64,000 nt of DNA from a virus. Made by a program: the position numbers and the translations under genes. Positions within the stretch are counted from its first letter, which is position 1. Each line of letters begins with the position of its first letter. Below are positions 60,701 through 64,000 of this stretch, piece after piece. The notes below the pieces were generated by a model. It was not told where the DNA came from, made no database searches, and saw only the letters and a program-made list of their open reading frames with translations. The stretch lies in IMG/VR virus record IMGVR_UViG_3300020470_001965; one strand, written 5' to 3'.

Positions 60701-62051
60701 TGGTGACTCCTATAATGCATATCCAACTCAAGCACCATCATTCCCTGAAGATGATAAGGAGATTGTGGTCTTCCATAGAAACCACGGTATGCACCAAAGG
60801 TCAAACAATGTAAACATAGAAGGTGTAATATCTGAAGTACCTTCTACTACATTATCCAGCACACTATCTGCTGGTGCAACATCTATTCAATTAACTGATG
60901 CTTCCCAATTCCATGCGATTATTGGTGGCACAGCAATAGGTAACCTTAACCCAGGATACTTGAAGATTGAAGATGAGATTATCAAATACTCTGCTATATC
61001 TGCCAATGGCCAAGTAGTTACAGTTGCTACAAGTGGACGTGGTGCCGATGCTACTGCTGATGTAGAGCATGCTTCTGGTGCAATAGTCGAGTGTTATAAC
61101 CTAGATGGTATTCCTCTAGTAGAAATTAATAAGACACACACGAAGATTGAATGTCCTTGGATTGATAGCTTCATGTTGTCAGTAGACCATGCTGCTACCA
61201 ATGGTATTCGAGGTGGTGGCACAGGTGTCTGGGCATCTCAAAACGTACAGTTTGAGACTCTAACACCTACTGTTTCTACGATGGTACTACCTGATACTGA
61301 AATCGTTGCTCGCGTCAATACCACATCTGGTACCTCTGTAGGTAGTGGTGGTGGAGAAGGTGCAAGTCAACCACGTGATAGTAATTCCTTTATTAATAAT
61401 GGTCAATATGTTGATATCGTACTGAATGAATTAAATAATTTCGCAGTACCTCAATTGATTTGTTCTAAAATTAATGAGCAGAATAAACTTGATGGTAACA
61501 AGTCATTGACAATGGCATTAGACTTGACTACTACAAAGGATACAGTATCTCCATGTATCGACCTTGATAGGTTATCTCTGGTGACTACTACCAACAGAAT
61601 CAACTGGTGGCCTGGTGGTCCTGCTCCTTATGGACAGCAATCCCAGATTGATAGGACAATGGATGTATCAACACTTCCACAAGGTGACCAAAATGATGCT
61701 GTATATGTTACACGTCTCGCTCGCCTAGGTTCTGAATCCAGAACATTGAAGGTTGATTATCAGATCACTAGACACCCAAGTACTGAGGTAAGAGTTTACT
61801 ACAGGACATTTAAAACAGGTGACAACGCAGATCCATCTACTACAGACTGGGCGTTGATAGGTGATCCAGTTAAGACTAATGAAGCTCAATATGATGATAC
61901 TGCTACAGATGAGCCTCTCTGGAAAGACATCTCTTACGAGAAGCGCGGGTTGAATTTCAACGCATTCCAGATCAAAATTGTTATGAGGTCTTGGTCACAA
62001 GCAAGAATACCATTGATTGCTGACCTACGTGCTATAGCTTTAGCTAGCTAG
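54723..62051 (+). CDS. DUF4815-domain (VrlC-like) virion structural protein, 2442 aa
   Basis: PYFDDFD..KNFYRVLFRPGYPIQARELT.LQSILQNQ; RRYTMKDIG.LE.R...VEYYTSLSLLE; WYDPLAQSF. Confidence 0.88.
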   Translation: MPQNTNLNISPYFDDFDKDKNFYRVLFRPGYPIQARELTTLQSILQNQLESIGQHFFKEGAMVIPGQVGYDLQVQAIVLQQSFLGVDIETYRNQLTGQIIEGITTGIKAKVLYSIPATESSRGYVTLYVKYIESGDTTSDTTIKTFQANEQLLAENEITFGTTLIEVGSPFAQLLPVDSTAIASTAYINQGVYFIRGHFVDVPSSHLILEQYSNNPSYRVGLEVSESIVTPEDDPSLNDNAAGTSNYSAPGGHRFRIKTALVKKAINDETDKNFIELLRINNSKVEQFVNHTAYSELERSLARRTFEESGDYVIDTFSVTARENLDDGFNNGVYRAGETTSGGAIASDDLISFEVSPGRAYVKGYRTEFLVPQFVDAPKPRDFESVNNAILAFRLGQFVKVYDVYGWPDLTGEGVSAAYQTLELYDDWTLNTTNSVVGRQIGRCRTAQLQEDTATVWDMWIFDAQMWTAINFVAGNTTVQVGDRLRGRTSNAKGFVADAGAGNYCSLEQVSGTFIPGEVIERDGRVVGTLDAAHTFNLTDTRSCRGRNAGNTIIFGANWLLNDLKELEGSTHTLDITSGTKTLVGFRSKYAEDLRPGDVISHTNSSGEGENSTRIERVDPQYIKVYPGNSHTGSAYNIFDYLTQTARVDHSLTKGSIVGAPTEYSTMVRMRPFIFQKDYQNGELSIDCPRTSMKSISDESFFVYRTFANKTVVSGGVTVSLPESEQFATLDDENYILTIVAESGSAWSVGDNLNIDALNDSGVLTVTFGADRQSITIDQLANVSTVKLTALVSKNIVTKKIKTAAKMRAMKVIRTRENNDVQKYGLAYGNLYGTRIEDEDISFALNDVYKIHAVYESENDNEAFAPYCVLTEATFFDSGSVVIGKTSGARGRVIQFINSTLRLHFVQLNEIPFIPGEGIDGVDDDGNPLTAIIDDAEGSVAKGSKVITTQFELDPGQKAHFYDVCRLQRLAQFTPPIRKLLVIFDYFVHESSGDYFAAQSYTGITYKEIPKYKLDGSINYIRDQVDFRPGVGELASGTGTISAPFYVNCASLDFAARQFDTSGGVGGSTIFDIPKVNTEIRMDYSYYLPRADKLYLTHDNILKIVQGVSSEDLPPPDEIQNAMLLCSIEYRPYTYDVERDILITPEIIRRYTMKDIGDLETRLSHVEYYTSLSLLEVQAENTKTYDDNGFDRLKNGYVVDDFTDHTLGDVLSVDYKCSMDFRMGHLRPSHYTTNVPLEMDITASTNIVKTPGNMALLPWEDEVIITQPYASRTENVNPFNVFTFIGRIDLTPASDDWVDIKRLPARVENVEGDFSAVSRDLQVDQNGFAPIQWGSWRTNWTGESLQSTSRWRNRSGSFSAGGRRLGRLGHGQGRQPLFVHERRTWRVVNNQARQGVRTRVVPKIDRKSLGDRELSRSVIPWIRSRNVAFNVERLKPRTRFYVFFDGVNVSNYITPKVIELIKSSTADPDTNETPFVVGETVIGQTSGCRLKIAAANDGYKTDPYGTGTDALAESYASQTGYINIDTTVAAESVNPNFFGNVNVGEVLVGQTSGARAKVKDRRILTDNIGSVKGTFFIPNPGNDSNPRWATGTRTIRFTTNEVNSKAPGDVQSSADGTYTAQGQLRTIRETILSIRNAELVRDTVSDTRTVITTRSETRQIGWYDPLAQSFIVDEEGGVFLTGIDIFFKSKDANIPISMQIRTMENGMPTKDILPFSDTTISPDSIELSDNAAIPTRFTFRSPVYIKQSTEYCFVLLSDSNEYNVWISRMGDIDVSGTRTISEQPYAGVLFKSQNASTWTADQFEDLKFTVYRAKFTQMSGTAILKNAELGRGNGGIHNLIENPILTLKPKQTLLLPVGNNYNFTIGARITQSPSGASATIKEFDAVSDPEKLTVTDIDGQFAAGFLDANNDPFQGLASSQSVAEIVLSAIYNGVFEQGDVVTGSTSAAQGICTSYDAGTSTLTLNYITKAFDPSDTLSEPGGTSATITSITYTGDSYNAYPTQAPSFPEDDKEIVVFHRNHGMHQRSNNVNIEGVISEVPSTTLSSTLSAGATSIQLTDASQFHAIIGGTAIGNLNPGYLKIEDEIIKYSAISANGQVVTVATSGRGADATADVEHASGAIVECYNLDGIPLVEINKTHTKIECPWIDSFMLSVDHAATNGIRGGGTGVWASQNVQFETLTPTVSTMVLPDTEIVARVNTTSGTSVGSGGGEGASQPRDSNSFINNGQYVDIVLNELNNFAVPQLICSKINEQNKLDGNKSLTMALDLTTTKDTVSPCIDLDRLSLVTTTNRINWWPGGPAPYGQQSQIDRTMDVSTLPQGDQNDAVYVTRLARLGSESRTLKVDYQITRHPSTEVRVYYRTFKTGDNADPSTTDWALIGDPVKTNEAQYDDTATDEPLWKDISYEKRGLNFNAFQIKIVMRSWSQARIPLIADLRAIALAS

Positions 62052-62110
62052 AACCTCATCCCCAACCCTTACATGGTTGATTATAATTATTATTTGGAGA
62101 CTTGTCAAGC

Positions 62111-62377
62111 ATGAATCCCGATGACCATATCCAGACCTTTAAAGAAGACCTGATACCCGTTGAGGGACATGATGGTTGGTTTAGAGATCCTGATTCGAAC
62201 GCAATCGTAAATTGTAACCAAACGCAATACGAGCAATACATGGCATCGTACAATAAACGTGAAAAGCGTAACCAAGCGTTTGATACTTTACAAAATGAGG
62301 TATCTGAGTTAAAATCAGATATCAGTGATATTAAAGAACTACTGAAATTAGCAATAGGAGGGAAAAATGCCAGCTGA
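62111..62377 (+). CDS. small coiled-coil protein
   Basis: PVEGHDGWFRDPDSNAIVN followed by coiled coil; ATG 62111 with GGAGA upstream. Confidence 0.75.
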   Translation: MNPDDHIQTFKEDLIPVEGHDGWFRDPDSNAIVNCNQTQYEQYMASYNKREKRNQAFDTLQNEVSELKSDISDIKELLKLAIGGKNAS

Positions 62378-62588
62378 TGTGACAGAAACAGTAGACCAAG
62401 CAGAATTGCTAGGTCAATTTCAAGAGCGATACAGAGGTTTGATTAGTGAGAATCAAGAGCTTGCTAAGAAAATTAAAAATAATGAATCTCAAGCGTTAAA
62501 ACTACTCGGTGCTATTGAGACCTTAGAATATCTTAATCCATCCGAGCCAACCGAAGAAAAAGAAACGGAAGGACAGTCTGACGCATAA
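62367..62588 (+). CDS. small coiled-coil protein
   Basis: AGGAGG RBS; LKLLGAIETLEYL. Confidence 0.75.
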   Translation: MPADVTETVDQAELLGQFQERYRGLISENQELAKKIKNNESQALKLLGAIETLEYLNPSEPTEEKETEGQSDA

Positions 62589-62591
62589 ATA
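62584..62591 (+). promoter_or_regulatory. late promoter variant CATAAATA
   Basis: Upstream of the tail fibre gene. Confidence 0.65.
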
Positions 62592-62633
62592 AAGCAGGTA
62601 CAACTGTATGCAGTGCTAGGATCCTTATAAGCA

Positions 62634-64000
62634 ATGGCAAATAGAATACAATTAAGACGGGACGGCGCACAGCAGTGGGCGAACGTCAACCCCATTCTTG
62701 CTCAAGGTGAGATCGGTATCGAAATTGATACCTCTCGACTGAAGGTAGGAGATGGGGTTACTGCGTGGAACTCTCTAAAGTATGAGAGACCCCTCGAAAC
62801 AGAATCTAACACTGCAAATACTCTAGTTAAGAGAGACGCTGACGGTAACTTTGAAGCAGGTGCCATTACTGCATCACTTATCGGTAACAGTGCTACAGCA
62901 ACTAGACTCGCTAACGCAAGACAAATCGCCTTAGGTGGTGATATGTCAGGTAGTGGCACGTTCGATGGATCCGCGAACCTAACCATTACTGCTGAGTTGA
63001 ATTATGTTGTTAACCTACCACACTATGATCCTAACAACTTATCTGCTACAGGTACATACAGTCAGGTAACAGTTGACTCAAGGGGTCGTATTACTGATGC
63101 AGACAACCCAACTACATTGGCTGCATATGGAATTGCTGACGCACAACCATTAGATAGTGACCTAACTTCTCTTGCAAGTATGACCACGTTTGGTCTACTC
63201 TCAAGACAGGCAGAAGGTACTATTGTCAGTAGGACACTAACAGGTGGTAGCCAAAGAATTATTGTACAGTATGGTGATGGTGCTTCACAGAATCCATTCA
63301 TCGACCTTGCTGACACTACAGTTGTTGTAGGTGATTACAACCCTGTAGGTAACTTAGATACTCCTCTCATCTCTGCAACTACAGGTGATGAGACAGTCAA
63401 CACTTGTAACTTTACAGTTGACCGATATGGTAGACTAACTGCTGCTGAGACCTCTGCTATTGCTACTGCAAAGCAAGGTAGTTTGGATGCAGTATATGAC
63501 AATGCCACATCTTATTCGAGATATGATAAGGTAAAGAACTCTGCTGATAAACTCTATCAAGCGATTGCTGATATTTCAGCTGGTGGCGGGGAACCTGCCC
63601 ATACAGATACATCTGACTCTGGTTCATGGAGATACCTTGGAAGTGCTTTAGCACCTCAGAAAGGTGTCGCTTCATTTGACCAAGAAGATTTCGATGTAAC
63701 TCTATGGGATGCTGGTAATAATATAGAAGGTGGTTTTGTTAGCATCGCAGAAAGGGGTGTTGACAATCTACAACTACAAAATAATAGAGTCTCTTTTGCT
63801 GACGGAAATACAAAAGAAGACTTTGAATTAGACCAGGAGTTGACAGCAACTACTGGATATAGAGGTTTTAATTATCTTAATTATGTCAAGGTTAATGACA
63901 CAAGTGGTAATCTACTGTTTGGGGCAAATAATACGGGTGATGGTGGTGCTGGAGAGATTGATGTCAACGTCAGATCCTATTTCAGTGATCCAGACATTAC
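62634..64000 (+). CDS. tail fibre protein, partial (Mtd_N-like N-terminus)
   Basis: Hand-translated MANRIQLRRDGAQQWANVNPILAQGEIGIEIDTSRLKVGDGVTAWNSLKY; later VTVDSKGRIT and TVDRYGRLT fibre motifs; appears open to the window end, so absent from the ORF track. Confidence 0.85.
   Translation, partial: MANRIQLRRDGAQQWANVNPILAQGEIGIEIDTSRLKVGDGVTAWNSLKYERPLETESNTANTLVKRDADGNFEAGAITASLIGNSATATRLANARQIALGGDMSGSGTFDGSANLTITAELNYVVNLPHYDPNNLSATGTYSQVTVDSRGRITDADNPTTLAAYGIADAQPLDSDLTSLASMTTFGLLSRQAEGTIVSRTLTGGSQRIIVQYGDGASQNPFIDLADTTVVVGDYNPVGNLDTPLISATTGDETVNTCNFTVDRYGRLTAAETSAIATAKQGSLDAVYDNATSYSRYDKVKNSADKLYQAIADISAGGGEPAHTDTSDSGSWRYLGSALAPQKGVASFDQEDFDVTLWDAGNNIEGGFVSIAERGVDNLQLQNNRVSFADGNTKEDFELDQELTATTGYRGFNYLNYVKVNDTSGNLLFGANNTGDGGAGEIDVNVRSYFSDPDI

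Noticed and set aside
1597-63675. The many 60-160 aa minus-strand and alternate-frame ORFs in the track
   Set aside because: Nearly all overlap well-supported + strand genes, lack motifs, and look like shadow frames
62634-64000. Diversity-generating retroelement suggested by the Mtd_N-like N-terminus
   Set aside because: No reverse transcriptase or TR/VR pair with adenine-specific differences seen; this N-terminal domain is a common fibre anchor
1-64000. tRNA, rRNA, integrase or transposase
   Set aside because: None recognised by eye; a tRNAscan/Infernal run would be needed to exclude them formally

Overview
A 64 kb segment of a T4-like marine cyanophage (myovirus, P-SSM2/Syn9-type), with all credible genes on the + strand. 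Bases 1-10,390 are an accessory/early region of short ORFs. It holds two beta-class amino-methyltransferases flanking a candidate PD-(D/E)xK nuclease, two 2OG-Fe(II) oxygenases and an SF2 helicase, and it is punctuated by a repeated operator-plus-sigma70-promoter cassette (AAGTGTC(C)AC about 38-42 nt upstream of a -10 box). Around 8.8-10.5 kb lie a cluster of cyanobacterial-type DnaA boxes, an AT-rich patch, an apparent C-rich to G-rich strand switch and two hairpins, together a candidate origin or DnaA sink. From 10,552 to the end is the late baseplate/tail module under T4 late promoters (TATAAATA and variants): NlpC/P60, a 1193 aa virion protein, PAAR, gp25, gp6, a giant 9914 aa gp7, a YHYH protein, a gp9-like protein ending in a cupredoxin-like domain, gp8, a DUF4815 protein and a partial tail fibre. 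The giant gp7 carries helical repeats matching the phycobiliprotein bilin-attachment motif in exact register, plus 30 Cys/Asp/His 'YPR' modules inserted inside one another. All calls come from reading motifs by eye; no searches were run.
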